Assembly: GCA_024400195.1 (NCBI GenBank)
Contig: JAKSNC010000005.1
Span: forward strand, 338-64,337
Direction: 5' to 3'
Length of the DNA: 64,000 bases
Origin: Bacteroidales bacterium
GTDB taxonomy: Bacteria; Bacteroidota; Bacteroidia; Bacteroidales; F082
The notes below the pieces were generated by a model. It saw only the letters and a list, made by a program, of their open reading frames with translations, was not told the origin of the DNA and ran no database searches. Both the position numbers and the translations under genes were made by a program. This document shows positions 47,501 through 56,290 of the stretch, piece by piece (the first letter of the stretch is position 1; each line of letters opens with the position of its first letter).

Positions 47501-48724
47501 GGTTTCGGCTTTGTGTTCGGACAAAACAACGATATTCTCAATACAGCCATCAGAAAGGGATGGATCACAACGGACACGACATTCAACAGTCCGTATGTTG
47601 AGCGAATGACGGAGACATATAACTATAAGGTGAGTCTTGAACCGTTCACGCTTCTGAAGATAGACATCAACGGAAACCGCAGCTATTCCGAGAACTTTTC
47701 AGAATACTTCCGTTCCGACGATTTTGGAGTGTTCCATTTCTACACGCCAACAAACAACGGCAGTTACAGCATCAGCTTTATGATGAACGGAACGACCTTC
47801 TCCGACGGTGGAAGTTTGTTTAACAACCTTCTCAACAACAGACGGGATATCGCATTCCGTCTCGCCAACGAAAACCCCAACTGGCACGGCGAGACCTATT
47901 ACGATTCTATTGGCAGAAATTATTATCCTGTCGGCTATGGCGCGACATCACGCGAAGTGCTTGCCTATTCGTTCCTGTCAGCCTACTCAGGTAAAGGTGC
48001 AGGAAGCGTCCAGCTCGAATTATTCAGGAAGATAGCGTTACCTAACTGGACGGTTAATTATACAGGACTGACCAAGATACCGGCTATTAAGAAGATCTTC
48101 AAGACGGTGAGCGTGACGCATACTTATAAGAGTACTTATTCAATATCGAGTTTCGCCACGAATGTCAACTATACGGCGGCCGGCATTATTCAGGAAGGAA
48201 CAAATAACTTCATCTCCAAATATGACATCAATCAAATGCTCGTGTCGGAACAATATGTACCACTCATCGGTATATCATTGGGTTTCAATAATAGTCTGAC
48301 ACCGTCGTTTGAATATAAAAAATCGCGCTCGGTGACGATAAGCTTCACAAACAACCAACTTACCGATACCGAAAGCAACGAGTTTGTGATAGGTTGCGGC
48401 TATACGATAAAGGACATCGGAATGATATTCTCAAGCGTTGGCGGAACCGACATTCAACGTAGCAGCAACGACCTTACGCTCAAACTTGACATCGGTTTCA
48501 GAAAAGACAAGACGACGTTGAGAAGCATAGACGAGGCGTATTCGCAGATTTCGTCAGGGCAAGACAAGGTGAATGTTTATCTCACAGGCGATTACAACTT
48601 CAGTCAAAGACTATCGACACAGGTGTTCTTCAAATATGATGTCACGAATCCGTATGTCGCAAGTTCATACAAGACGTCAAACTTCTTTGCAGGATTGACA
48701 TTGAGATTCAGTCTGTCGCAATAG
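41549..48724 (+). CDS. sprA: T9SS translocon / gliding protein SprA (Sov)
   Basis: The 2391-aa product from the ATG at 41549 has signal peptide MTLIKKYIICLPVLLLVLAVLTPAHISA. The size, beta-rich composition and position just after ruvA match SprA. Confidence 0.85.
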   Translation: MTLIKKYIICLPVLLLVLAVLTPAHISARSFDFSEELSVSDTVVRFQIPRDNGNPVENDANQSGLYLNDPDNVVSEIVYDPVTGFYTFYRKVGDILLAEPYTMTQDQYFKYMQQKGIKEYWKERRNSAAASGDGTQLIPKIYIGGKVFDKIFGGNTIDIKLQGTADVTFGIKHSRREDPSLSIKQQRQTNFDFDTKIQMSASAKIGTKMSFKLNYNTETQFSFDNKLSLKYEGDEDEIIQLIEAGNVSMPISNSLIKGTQSLFGIKTQLKFGNTTVTAIASYQESETKNIAVNGGNLQNEFDIECLDYEENRHYFLNQYFRSRYEDALSELPMVTSDINITKIEVWITNTTNNYEASRNIVAFTDLGEGREEWIYNDSKVRPKGYGARYPSNGVNTLMDNIDTVQIRSLNTVTSYLTSQGFNSGKDFEKVQKARKLSSSEYTFNSKLGFISLNISVGSNQTLAVAYQYTIIGQDGVFQVGEFSDQGLQDPNVLVTKMLKSTTVDTKMPMWDLMMKNVYNIRAFQVSQNDFVMNILYLGNKNGVATGYFPDAPEEIKGKSLINLMRVDRLNNQQNPVDGGDGVFDFINGASTNGGTINAATGRIYFPVLEPFGSYIREKIFPNNPALAEKYAFDSLYRQTKTIAEQYTSKNKFRMEGRYTSSSGSEINLNAMNVAPGSVKVTAGGVPLTENVDYTVDYTLGRVTILNEALLNSGAGINISLENNTSISTMKKTYLGARVEHQFDPKFIVGGTILHLSERAYTTKVNYNDEPISNTIFGADVNYQTESQWLTDFVGVLPGVSTKQKSKIAFYGEFARFVQNINKSYGSAGTSYIDDFEGAKSTIDLRQWSFWHLASTPQHQPDLFPEASSSNREYGKNRAKLAWYVIDQSVFYDRYSTLTPANVNNDELSDHRVRQILETEIFPNKDIQAGISTNVAALNLAYYPSERGPYNYDVNNLNDDGSFSNPEDRWGGVMRAIDATDFNATNVEYIEFWMMDPYFEGQDQTNTGRLYFNLGDVSEDILRDGRKSYEHGLPTSSTVTNVDTTIWGRVPRLQAMVNAFDTDPDARKFQDVGYDGLSDEDERVFFADYINALRDKLNPEAFEKIYNDPSSDDYHHFRGSDYDRDASYGSILKRYRKYNGNEGNSPSETQQPESYTTNNSSLPDMEDINNDNTLSESEAYYQYYIDLDPEKMQQTGQNCITNIFNTSIVTVNGETKRIKWYQFRIPIYNPDKVVGNIEGFSSIRFMRMFMTGFKSDIVIRFATLDLVRGEWRAYQQALQAPGEYVPGDQTGHTTFEMSAVNLEENSSRTPVPYTIPPGIKQEVFTTATSTIRQNEQSMQLSVENLVDGDARAVYKTTSFDFRFYETLRMFIHGEKRFEHEEVSDGDVTVFLRFGSDLTDNYYEYEVPLVMTPWYTSSSDEYAIWPEKNTIAINFDKLVSVKNNRNKAINNGDKQVKTNRIYEENDGQNKMKVLGNPTISEVRSMMIGVRNPKKDGEAAQDKSVIVWVDELRLTELKNDGGWAATGRVEATLADFGRVIASGNYSSSGFGSLDTKVTDSKLESNKNYSVSTDLDLGKVLNQEKVGLVVPVHFDYAKTTVTPEYNPLDPDVKLSTALDQLSSSGKDSLNKAAKDVTKQMSFNVTNLHKNRVGKKTPHVWDVENLTASYAYTLQDVRDSDMEYKVNVTHRGGVGYNYTFNAKPYQPFAEKKWASSSYLTIIKDINFYYLPKSFSFNTEMYRQKQEMKMRNKSSGDIIMNESVAKNWDWTRTYDFRYDLTKALSLSYSANSAAYIYEPAGNPDRGTEEYKANRDTIRDELLKFGSISNYNQSTKISYNLPINKLPYLDWLTSTASYTGTYRWIASARSVQVKLGNTAENERSIQINANADLTKLYNKVPYFKKILNPKRSNNENSRTKGKGGGRTSSKVDTITSKEKISTWKWLGDNMVRILLSVKKVSFSYQKNNGVSLPGFMEKPDYLGMNASGMAPGFGFVFGQNNDILNTAIRKGWITTDTTFNSPYVERMTETYNYKVSLEPFTLLKIDINGNRSYSENFSEYFRSDDFGVFHFYTPTNNGSYSISFMMNGTTFSDGGSLFNNLLNNRRDIAFRLANENPNWHGETYYDSIGRNYYPVGYGATSREVLAYSFLSAYSGKGAGSVQLELFRKIALPNWTVNYTGLTKIPAIKKIFKTVSVTHTYKSTYSISSFATNVNYTAAGIIQEGTNNFISKYDINQMLVSEQYVPLIGISLGFNNSLTPSFEYKKSRSVTISFTNNQLTDTESNEFVIGCGYTIKDIGMIFSSVGGTDIQRSSNDLTLKLDIGFRKDKTTLRSIDEAYSQISSGQDKVNVYLTGDYNFSQRLSTQVFFKYDVTNPYVASSYKTSNFFAGLTLRFSLSQ

Positions 48725-48793
48725 TATGATTGACGTTTGTCGAAATCCTAAAATTCAATTTTGAAAAAAATAAAAACGTACAATAAAAAGTCG

Positions 48794-48801
48794 TAATTTT
48801 G
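48794..48801 (+). promoter_or_regulatory. -7 box for gcvH
   Basis: TAATTTTG 28 nt upstream of the ATG at 48830. Confidence 0.5.
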
Positions 48802-48829
48802 GAACGGAAAAATCTTAATAAAAAGTAAT

Positions 48830-49213
48830 ATGAACATCCCAACAAATCTTAAGTACACGCAGGACGACGAATGGATTCGTCTTGAAGGAGAAAACGCATT
48901 CATCGGCATTACAGATTATGCCCAGCACGAACTTGGCGACATCACTTTTGTTGATGTTGATCCGGACCTTGTAGGCGAGACACTCGACGCAGAAGAAGTC
49001 TTCGGTGCTGTTGAAGCAGTTAAAACAACAGCTGATGTCAAGATGCCGGTTGCAGCAGAAATACTTGAAGTCAACGAGGCTCTCAACGACAACGCCGCTC
49101 TCGTCAACACAGACCCATACGGCGAAGGCTGGATTATCAAGGTTAAAGTCAGTGACGCATCACAACTCGGCGGTCTTCTTGACGCTGCCGCATACGAGGC
49201 GAAAATTAAATAA
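48830..49213 (+). CDS. gcvH: glycine cleavage system protein H
   Basis: The motifs DEWIRLEG, TDYAQHELGDI and lipoyl-lysine VEAVKTTADV. Confidence 0.9.
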   Translation: MNIPTNLKYTQDDEWIRLEGENAFIGITDYAQHELGDITFVDVDPDLVGETLDAEEVFGAVEAVKTTADVKMPVAAEILEVNEALNDNAALVNTDPYGEGWIIKVKVSDASQLGGLLDAAAYEAKIK

Positions 49214-49222
49214 CGGCTCGTC

Positions 49223-49636
49223 TTGGACAAACTGACAAGAAATTTTTTGCCGGGAACTTTTTGTGGAGTGGTGATACTCATTCTCACAGGGCTTTCCGGC
49301 TCTTATTTTCCCAAGGTGCAGACGTTTTGGGAATGGCTCGGTCCCGATAAGATAGTGCACATTATAATGTTCACAGGATTTGTTTTCGTATGTCTTTGGG
49401 GCTACAGAGGACAATATGCCGAGAGTGATAAGCCGTATCGCCGCAGGGCGGAAATGATAGTTTTGATAATAGGAATCGCCTATTCCGGACTCACCGAACT
49501 GCTTCAGGGAACGGTCTTTAAAGGACGCTGTTGCAGCCTATACGACTTCATCGCGGATGCGTTAGGATGCCTCGTCGGAATTTTTGTCTTCAGATTGTAC
49601 GCGAAGTCGATGCGTCATGATAGGAAAAAAGCTTGA
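49223..49636 (+). CDS. VanZ family membrane protein
   Basis: The motifs DKIVHIIMFTGF and GLTELLQG...DFIADALGCLVG. Start uncertain: TTG at 49223, with no early ATG. Confidence 0.6.
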   Translation: MDKLTRNFLPGTFCGVVILILTGLSGSYFPKVQTFWEWLGPDKIVHIIMFTGFVFVCLWGYRGQYAESDKPYRRRAEMIVLIIGIAYSGLTELLQGTVFKGRCCSLYDFIADALGCLVGIFVFRLYAKSMRHDRKKA

Positions 49637-49756
49637 AAATCAGTTTCACTATCGGAATAAGATTCTTATCAAAAAATATGAAAAAAACATTTTTTTGTTG
49701 GCGAATTTTTATTAACTTCGCACCATTAAAAATGTTCTGAACAAAAAATAAGAAAA

Positions 49757-50443
49757 ATGGAAATAAAGAAATCACCTAAGGCAGACCTCGAAGGAAAAAA
49801 GTCAACGTTTACTCTTATCGGATTGTGCGTCTCTTTACTTATAGTTTGGGTCGTTTTCGAATACAAGAGTTATGAAAAGGCGGAACAGGTATTTGAAGTT
49901 CGCGCCGTTGCTGAAGACAATGAAGATATGGTTGAGATTACCAAGCAGGAGCAACCCAAGCAGCAGCCTCCGGCGCCGAAACCTCAAGTTACCCAGATTC
50001 AAGTCGTTGAAGATGATGTCGAGGTTGAAGATGAACTCGAAATTGATGCTGATGTCAATCAGGACGAAGTAATAGAGGAATATGTATATGAGGCTCCGGA
50101 AATTGAGGAAGAGGTTATCGAAGAGGCCGAAGTGTTTACTGTGGTGGAAGAGATGCCTTCATTCCCCGGAGGTCCCGCAAAGATGACCGAATACATAGCC
50201 AAGAATATCAAATATCCTATGATGGCTCGCGAGAGTGGTGTGGAAGGTCGTGTGTTCGTCAACTTCGTTGTTGAGCCTAACGGCGCTATCAGCAAAGTGA
50301 AGGTTCTGCGTGGTATCGGCGGCGGTTGTGACGAAGAGGCTATGCGAGTCGTCCAAAGCATGCCGGCATGGAAGCCGGGCAAGCAGCGCGGAACGGCAGT
50401 GCGCGTCAACTACACGGTGCCAATCGTCTTTAAACTTCAGTAA
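49757..50443 (+). CDS. tonB: energy transducer TonB
   Basis: N-terminal TM anchor. Pro/Glu-rich spacer (QQPPAPKPQV...). C-terminal TonB domain PSFPGGPAKMTEYIAKNIKYP...GRVFVNFVVEPNG. Confidence 0.8.
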   Translation: MEIKKSPKADLEGKKSTFTLIGLCVSLLIVWVVFEYKSYEKAEQVFEVRAVAEDNEDMVEITKQEQPKQQPPAPKPQVTQIQVVEDDVEVEDELEIDADVNQDEVIEEYVYEAPEIEEEVIEEAEVFTVVEEMPSFPGGPAKMTEYIAKNIKYPMMARESGVEGRVFVNFVVEPNGAISKVKVLRGIGGGCDEEAMRVVQSMPAWKPGKQRGTAVRVNYTVPIVFKLQ

Positions 50444-50463
50444 GATAAATCCTGTTAAACATA

Positions 50464-50492
50464 AAGGGCGCCTTTCGTAAGACGCCTTTTTT
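50464..50492 (+). terminator. intrinsic terminator after tonB
   Basis: AAGGGCG-CCTTTCGTAAGA-CGCCTTT followed by a T-run. Confidence 0.5.
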
Positions 50493-50503
50493 AATCTTAT
50501 ACA

Positions 50504-51430
50504 ATGATGGCGGAGAAAGAAAAAATAAAGATAAACATGCATTTTGGCAACAAGGTGCTTCCGGCCTACCTGACCGAAAGAGGCAACGTCGTCAGAATGA
50601 TATTGTTCACAACGTTCTTCTCTCTTCTTTTCATAAATATCTTCAGACCCTTCAACTCGGAATCATGGCTTCCGCACATGACGAGCTACGAGTATTTCAA
50701 ATACGGCTCTCTTCTTGTGTTGATAGGAATGGTCGTCATCTCACTCAGCCGCGTGCTGATGAACCTTGTCGTGAAAAGAGTTTCCATAGGTACGATAGAA
50801 TATTTCTCGTGGCTTTTTGTGGAAATTATCATCCTTGCCGCGTTATACGTACTCATCGCCTATGAAGTCGGCTTCATCGAAAGTTTTATGAACGACCATA
50901 ATCCTCAACTTACGATGAGTGAAGCCGTCTTCAGCATTTTCAAGACGGCAGCCGCCAATACCTCGTGCATGCTCGCGATTCCGTATATCATTTCCGTACT
51001 TTATCTCAACAATGAAGACCTGAAACGTCAGTTGCGCGAAAGCAGTCATGGAATGTGTGGCTCTGGAAAAGACTATCTCCAGTTCCGTGACGACAAAGGT
51101 GAGATGCGCATATCAATGATGTCGTGCAACATCATCTATATAGAGTCGTCAGATAACTATGTCAATATCAAATACCTGAAAAACAACGTTCTTTGTGATT
51201 TTGTGCTCAGGAATTCATTGAAGAAGATTGCCGACGAACTTGCAAACACATCTATTCAGCGTTGTCATCGTTCGTTTATGGTGAATTTCGAACATGTCGT
51301 ATCGCTCAAGAAAAACAACGGTGAGATATTTTTTGAATTTGACGTGCAGGGTATAAAGGAAATTCCGGTTTCCAAGACCTATAACGACCAGATAATGAGC
51401 TCGTTTATGAAATATTCTCATCCCGCATGA
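50504..51430 (+). CDS. membrane-anchored LytTR-domain DNA-binding protein
   Basis: Four predicted TM helices in the N-terminal 180 aa. C-terminal LytTR signature IIYIESSDNYVNIKYL...IQRCHRSFMVNFEHV. Confidence 0.75.
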   Translation: MMAEKEKIKINMHFGNKVLPAYLTERGNVVRMILFTTFFSLLFINIFRPFNSESWLPHMTSYEYFKYGSLLVLIGMVVISLSRVLMNLVVKRVSIGTIEYFSWLFVEIIILAALYVLIAYEVGFIESFMNDHNPQLTMSEAVFSIFKTAAANTSCMLAIPYIISVLYLNNEDLKRQLRESSHGMCGSGKDYLQFRDDKGEMRISMMSCNIIYIESSDNYVNIKYLKNNVLCDFVLRNSLKKIADELANTSIQRCHRSFMVNFEHVVSLKKNNGEIFFEFDVQGIKEIPVSKTYNDQIMSSFMKYSHPA

Positions 51431-53394
51431 TGAAGAAGACACTGCTTATAATCATTCTTTTGTCGATGGCTTTTGCGGCATCGTCGCAAATAAACCATAA
51501 GCACTATATACTTATGGGGCGCATTGATTTGTCGAAAGACCAGTATGTTGATGCCATAAGAAACCTCAATGTTGCGATAACCGCCAAACCGGAGGATTTC
51601 GAGGCTTATTTTCTGCGCGGGATAGCCAAATACAGTCTCGGTGATTTTGACGGGGCCGTAAATGATTTTACGAAAACGCTTGAGATACATCCTCTTTACG
51701 TCAGGGCATATCATTATCGCGGACTCGCTCACGATAGGCTTTCCGACTATGCCGATGCCGAAAAGGACTACGCCATGGCAGTAAGCCTCGACCCTTTCAG
51801 CCTTGATTTGCATCTCGCTATAGGTTCTACGAAGATGCACCTTAACCAGTTTGAAGATGCTATAGCCGCTTTTGACACTGCTCTTCTGATAAATCCGTCG
51901 TACTCAAATGCATACGTCAACAGGGGAATTGCTAAACGTTATTTGGAACGTTTAGATGATGCGCTTGAGGATATGAACAAGGCCGTCGAAAATGATTTTT
52001 TCAACGTGGAGGCACTTGTCAGAAGGGGAATGATACGACTCGAACGCAAGGAATATGGCGACGCTATGTTCGACTTCAACGCCGCGATGCGTCTGAGTCC
52101 CGACGACCCGCTCATCTTCTTTAACAGAGCGGTGGCGTACCTCAACCTTGGTGATACGATGGCCGCGCTCGCCGATTACGAACGAGTGAACCAACTCGAC
52201 CAACGCAATGCATTGACATACTTCAACCGCGCCGTGGTTTATAGCATGCTTGGCGACTACGATGTGGCGGAAGCCCTTTATAATAAGGTGATAGAACTTA
52301 ATCCTGAAAATATTTACGGATACTTCAACCGAGGGATTCTGTTCTATAAGCAGAAGATGTGGGACGAGGCCGAAGACGACTTTACACGTGTGATTCAGCT
52401 TTTTCCTGACTACATAGACGCGTGGCTCAACCGTGCGGCGGTGCGTTTTGAAAAGAATGATTTTAAAGGTGCGGAAAAAGACCAGTATCAGGCACGCTGC
52501 ATAATGGATCTTGTGAATGATAACAATGGTAATATCGATTCGCTTTACGCATCATATTCTTCAAAGATAGGCTATGATAAAATCGTTAATTTTGAGGCGG
52601 ATTTTGTCGGAGGCGATCGCGGCGGCTCCGCTTATCAATACACCAATGTTGATGTCAAACCTTTCAATGATATGATTGTCAATATTGTTGATGTTGAAAA
52701 ATATAAGAAGGGCAATCGCAGGAAGGCTTATTTCGTTGACGACGTGTTGAGCCGTATCAACGAGGAATGTGATGTTAACGGCGCAATAGCGTATATCGTC
52801 AACGACATACAGAGCGGGAACCATGTCTCAATGATAAACGGCAACGAGAATATTTCAGACAAAGACGTCGCCTTATTCGTTGACGGAATAGCTCATCTCG
52901 AGATTTGCAACTATCAAAAAGCCGAGTCGGCCTTTGCCGCGCTTACTGATAACAAGCTGTTGAGACGTTACGCCGTCCTTAACCTCGTTGCAGTACAATG
53001 TGCGAAAGCGGAACTCGTTTTGGCGGAAGAAGATTTCACGTCAACGGTTTATCTGAGCGACAAAAAAAATCTGCATCAAGTTGTGGAGCATAACGTCACG
53101 CCGGATTATTCGTTGGCGGAAAATATTTTGGCGACATACTTGAAGACATCTCCGAAAGACGCGTTTGCATGGTACGACATTGGAAACATACATCTGCGTC
53201 AGAAAGATTTTGAACGGGCGTTGACGGATTATACTTCCGCAGTCAAATATGAGCCAACGCTTGGAGAAGCATACTATAACAGGGCGTTGGTGCTTCTCTT
53301 CCTCGGCCGCCCCGACGAGGCGCGTCACGACCTGAGCAAGGCCGGAGAACTCGGCATTGATGACGCATACGTCGTGATGAAAAGATATTTGTGA
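51427..53394 (+). CDS. secreted tetratricopeptide-repeat protein
   Basis: Signal peptide MMKKTLLIIILLSMAFAASSQ. Many AxxxYxxRGxA-type TPR units. ATGA overlap with the LytTR gene stop. Confidence 0.75.
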   Translation: MMKKTLLIIILLSMAFAASSQINHKHYILMGRIDLSKDQYVDAIRNLNVAITAKPEDFEAYFLRGIAKYSLGDFDGAVNDFTKTLEIHPLYVRAYHYRGLAHDRLSDYADAEKDYAMAVSLDPFSLDLHLAIGSTKMHLNQFEDAIAAFDTALLINPSYSNAYVNRGIAKRYLERLDDALEDMNKAVENDFFNVEALVRRGMIRLERKEYGDAMFDFNAAMRLSPDDPLIFFNRAVAYLNLGDTMAALADYERVNQLDQRNALTYFNRAVVYSMLGDYDVAEALYNKVIELNPENIYGYFNRGILFYKQKMWDEAEDDFTRVIQLFPDYIDAWLNRAAVRFEKNDFKGAEKDQYQARCIMDLVNDNNGNIDSLYASYSSKIGYDKIVNFEADFVGGDRGGSAYQYTNVDVKPFNDMIVNIVDVEKYKKGNRRKAYFVDDVLSRINEECDVNGAIAYIVNDIQSGNHVSMINGNENISDKDVALFVDGIAHLEICNYQKAESAFAALTDNKLLRRYAVLNLVAVQCAKAELVLAEEDFTSTVYLSDKKNLHQVVEHNVTPDYSLAENILATYLKTSPKDAFAWYDIGNIHLRQKDFERALTDYTSAVKYEPTLGEAYYNRALVLLFLGRPDEARHDLSKAGELGIDDAYVVMKRYL

Positions 53395-53434
53395 TAACGC
53401 TGTTTTTTCACTTGACAAAACTTGCGTTTTGATG

Positions 53435-53442
53435 TATCTTTG
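53435..53442 (+). promoter_or_regulatory. -7 box for queA
   Basis: TATCTTTG 24 nt upstream of the ATG at 53467. Confidence 0.5.
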
Positions 53443-53466
53443 CCGCATTAGGTTATTTTTTAAGAG

Positions 53467-54516
53467 ATGAAATTATCACAGTTTAAGTTCAATCTCCCTC
53501 AGAATCTCATCGCGCAACATCCGACGGAGAATAGGGAAGACGCTCGTATGATGGTCGTCCACCGTGACACAGGCGAAATCGAGCACAAGTATTTCAAAGA
53601 CATCCTCTCGTATGCCAATGCGGGCGACACTTTCGTGATAAACAACACAAAGGTGTTTCCGGCACGCCTCTATGGTGAGAAAGAGAGAACGGGAGCTAAA
53701 ATCGAGGTTATGCTGCTTCGCGAACTCGACAGCGAAAGCCGCCTCTGGGATGTCTTGGTCGATCCGGCCCGCAAAATCAGAATCGGAAACAAACTCTATT
53801 TCGGCGAAAACGACGACCTTGTGGCAGAAGTTATCGATAACACCACCTCACGCGGTAGAACATTGCGTTTTCTCTTCGACGGCCCTCACGATGAGTTTAA
53901 AAAAGTCCTGATGTCGTTGGGAAAAACGCCACTCCCAAAAGAACACGGTAGAGAAGTCGAGAGTTGCGACGTTGATGATTATCAGACAGTTTTTGCAAGC
54001 GTCGAAGGTTCTGTCGCCGCACCGACGGCAGGAATGCACTTCAGTAAGATTCTGATGAAGAAACTGTTGCTCGCCGACTGCAACTTTGCAGAACTGACAC
54101 TCCACGTCAGCGTCGGCAATTTCAATCCGATTGAAGTCGAAGACCTGTCAAAACAACGCAGTTTCTCTGAACAGATGTTCGTCTCGCAGGAAGCTTGCGA
54201 CATTATAAACAAGACCGTTGTCGATAAAAAACGACTCTTTGTAGTTGGAACGACAACATTGAAGGCACTCGAAACCATTGTAATGATAAACGGACACGTC
54301 AAGCCGTATGACGGTTGGACCAACAAATTCATCTTCCCGCCGTACGAGTTTTCCATTGGTAACGCACTCATTACGAATTTCCATCTTCCCAAGTCGCCGA
54401 TGATGATGGAAGTCGCCGCTTTTGCCGGATACGACCTTCTGATGAAGGCATACAAGGAAGCAATCAAGGAAAATTACCGTTTCTTTACATACGGAGACGC
54501 AATGCTTATTCTGTAA
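53467..54516 (+). CDS. queA: S-adenosylmethionine:tRNA ribosyltransferase-isomerase
   Basis: The motifs [30 protein letters not shown] and [10 protein letters not shown]. Confidence 0.9.
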   Translation: MKLSQFKFNLPQNLIAQHPTENREDARMMVVHRDTGEIEHKYFKDILSYANAGDTFVINNTKVFPARLYGEKERTGAKIEVMLLRELDSESRLWDVLVDPARKIRIGNKLYFGENDDLVAEVIDNTTSRGRTLRFLFDGPHDEFKKVLMSLGKTPLPKEHGREVESCDVDDYQTVFASVEGSVAAPTAGMHFSKILMKKLLLADCNFAELTLHVSVGNFNPIEVEDLSKQRSFSEQMFVSQEACDIINKTVVDKKRLFVVGTTTLKALETIVMINGHVKPYDGWTNKFIFPPYEFSIGNALITNFHLPKSPMMMEVAAFAGYDLLMKAYKEAIKENYRFFTYGDAMLIL

Positions 54517-54549
54517 AAAATAACGTTTTTTTTGAAAGATAAATAAAAG

Positions 54550-56073
54550 ATGAATACTGAAGAATATTTTAAAAAGATAACCTCGCACGCCAAAGAATAC
54601 GGTTTCGTGTTTCCTTCGAGCGATATTTATGATGGATTGGCCGCCGTTTACGACTATGGCCAAAACGGAGTCGAATTGAAGAACAATATCCGCAGTTATT
54701 GGTGGAAGGCGATGGTACAGATGCACGAAAATATCGTCGGACTGGATTCCGCCATCTTCATGCACCCGACGATTTGGAAGGCTTCCGGACATGTTGACGC
54801 GTTCAACGACCCGATGATAGACAATAAGGACAGCAAGAAACGCTATCGTGCCGACGTCCTTGTGGAAGACTATATCGCGAAGATTGAGGAAAAAATAAAC
54901 AAGGAAGTCGAAAAGGCAAAAAAACGCTTCGGCGATGCTTTTAATGAAGAGCAGTTCGTTACAACAAACCCGCGCGTTCTCGAATATAAGAAACAGATAG
55001 AGGAGATAAGTCATCGTCTTTACGGCGCAATGGAACGCAACGACCTCGCCGACATCAAGAAACTCATCGAAGACCTTGAGATAGTCTGTCCTATCAGCGG
55101 TTCGCGCAACTGGACCGACGTCCGTCAGTTCAACCTGATGTTCGCCACGCAGATCGGTTCTTTGGCCGAAGGCGCAAACGAAATCTATCTCCGTCCGGAG
55201 ACGGCTCAGGGAATATTCGTCAATTATCTGAACGTTCAGAAGACCGGCAGAATGAAGATACCGTTTGGTATCGCGCAGACGGGTAAGGCTTTCCGTAACG
55301 AAATCGTTGCCAGACAGTTTATCTTCAGAATGAGGGAGTTTGAACAGATGGAGATGCAGTTTTTTGTGCGTCCCGGAACCGAACTCGAATGGTTCGAGAG
55401 TTGGAAGAATGAACGCATGAATTGGCACAAATCACTCGGAATACCTCAAGAAAAATACCGTTTTCACGACCACGAGAAACTGGCTCATTATGCTAACGCC
55501 GCCACGGATATTGAATTTGAGTTTCCTTTCGGATTCAAGGAGTTGGAAGGTGTTCACAGCCGCACCGACTTCGACCTCGGCCGCCATTCGCAGTTTTCGG
55601 GCAAGAAACTTCAGTATTTCGACCCAGATACCAACGAGAGTTATACGCCATACGTCATCGAGACATCTATCGGCCTCGACAGAATGTTCCTCGCGATGTT
55701 GAGTTATGCCTATACGGAGGAAAAATTAGAAGATGGTTCGGAACGCGTCGTGCTGAAACTGCCGGCAGTCTTGGCTCCTTACAAAGTCGCCGTTCTTCCT
55801 TTGGTGAAGAAAGACGGTCTTCCGGAAAAGGCACGCGAGATTATCGATTCATTGAAGTGCGACTTTATGTGCCAGTACGAGGAGAAAGATTCCATCGGCA
55901 AACGCTACCGTCGTCAGGATGCAATAGGAACGCCAATCTGTGTTACTGTTGATAATCAGACGTTAGAAGACAACACCGTGACAGTCCGCGACCGCGACAC
56001 CATGGAGCAGATACGCGTGAACGCCGACGAACTTCACGAGATTATCAGAAAGAAGATAATGCCGGTGAAATAG
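54550..56073 (+). CDS. glyQS: glycine--tRNA ligase (alpha2 dimeric type)
   Basis: The segment GFVFPSSDIYDGL, class II motifs (FRNEI..R, GLDR) and a C-terminal anticodon-binding domain. Confidence 0.9.
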   Translation: MNTEEYFKKITSHAKEYGFVFPSSDIYDGLAAVYDYGQNGVELKNNIRSYWWKAMVQMHENIVGLDSAIFMHPTIWKASGHVDAFNDPMIDNKDSKKRYRADVLVEDYIAKIEEKINKEVEKAKKRFGDAFNEEQFVTTNPRVLEYKKQIEEISHRLYGAMERNDLADIKKLIEDLEIVCPISGSRNWTDVRQFNLMFATQIGSLAEGANEIYLRPETAQGIFVNYLNVQKTGRMKIPFGIAQTGKAFRNEIVARQFIFRMREFEQMEMQFFVRPGTELEWFESWKNERMNWHKSLGIPQEKYRFHDHEKLAHYANAATDIEFEFPFGFKELEGVHSRTDFDLGRHSQFSGKKLQYFDPDTNESYTPYVIETSIGLDRMFLAMLSYAYTEEKLEDGSERVVLKLPAVLAPYKVAVLPLVKKDGLPEKAREIIDSLKCDFMCQYEEKDSIGKRYRRQDAIGTPICVTVDNQTLEDNTVTVRDRDTMEQIRVNADELHEIIRKKIMPVK

Positions 56074-56090
56074 TTGAGAGTTTAGAGTTG

Positions 56091-56125
56091 AGAGAGGGCT
56101 GGCGCGAGACGTCGGCTCTCTTTTT
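56091..56125 (+). terminator. intrinsic terminator after glyQS
   Basis: AGAGAG-(GG)-CTGGCG / CGTCGG-CTCTCT stem with loop CGAGA, then TTTT. Confidence 0.5.
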
Positions 56126-56156
56126 GTGCGGTGATTTCCAAAAAAATCCCTCAATG

Positions 56157-56203
56157 AGGGAAAAAAACGAAAAATATTTCCCTCAATGAGGGATTTTTTT
56201 ATT
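56157..56203. repeat. two copies of the 15-nt palindrome TCCCTCAATGAGGGA
   Basis: Copies at 56157-56171 (flanked by A7 on both sides) and 56189-56203 (followed by T7). Centres are 32 bp apart. Confidence 0.85.
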
Positions 56204-56290
56204 ACGAAAGCACTTTTTATAGATGACATTGAAACTGGCCATGGAATTGTGATACCGCTTTGGCATTTCGGGATGAGTTATTGACGTGAT

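Noticed and set aside
48725-48829. Glycine riboswitch upstream of gcvH.
   Set aside because: The 105-nt A/T-rich spacer has no GGAGAG...CACCG-type glycine aptamer elements. It holds only a promoter box.
54148-55428. 426-aa minus-strand ORF, one of many long antisense ORFs. Others: 6-596, 3892-4428, 5989-6537, 10906-11511, 19327-20025, 23580-24299, 31527-32153, 32426-33199, 36939-37736, 37721-38479, 62564-63214.
   Set aside because: Each lies entirely antisense to a gene with clear conserved family motifs (queA/glyQS, nhaC, rho, manA, TBDR, apbC, and so on). Their products are low-complexity or Arg/His/Val-rich and carry no motifs. They are most likely shadow ORFs caused by codon bias.
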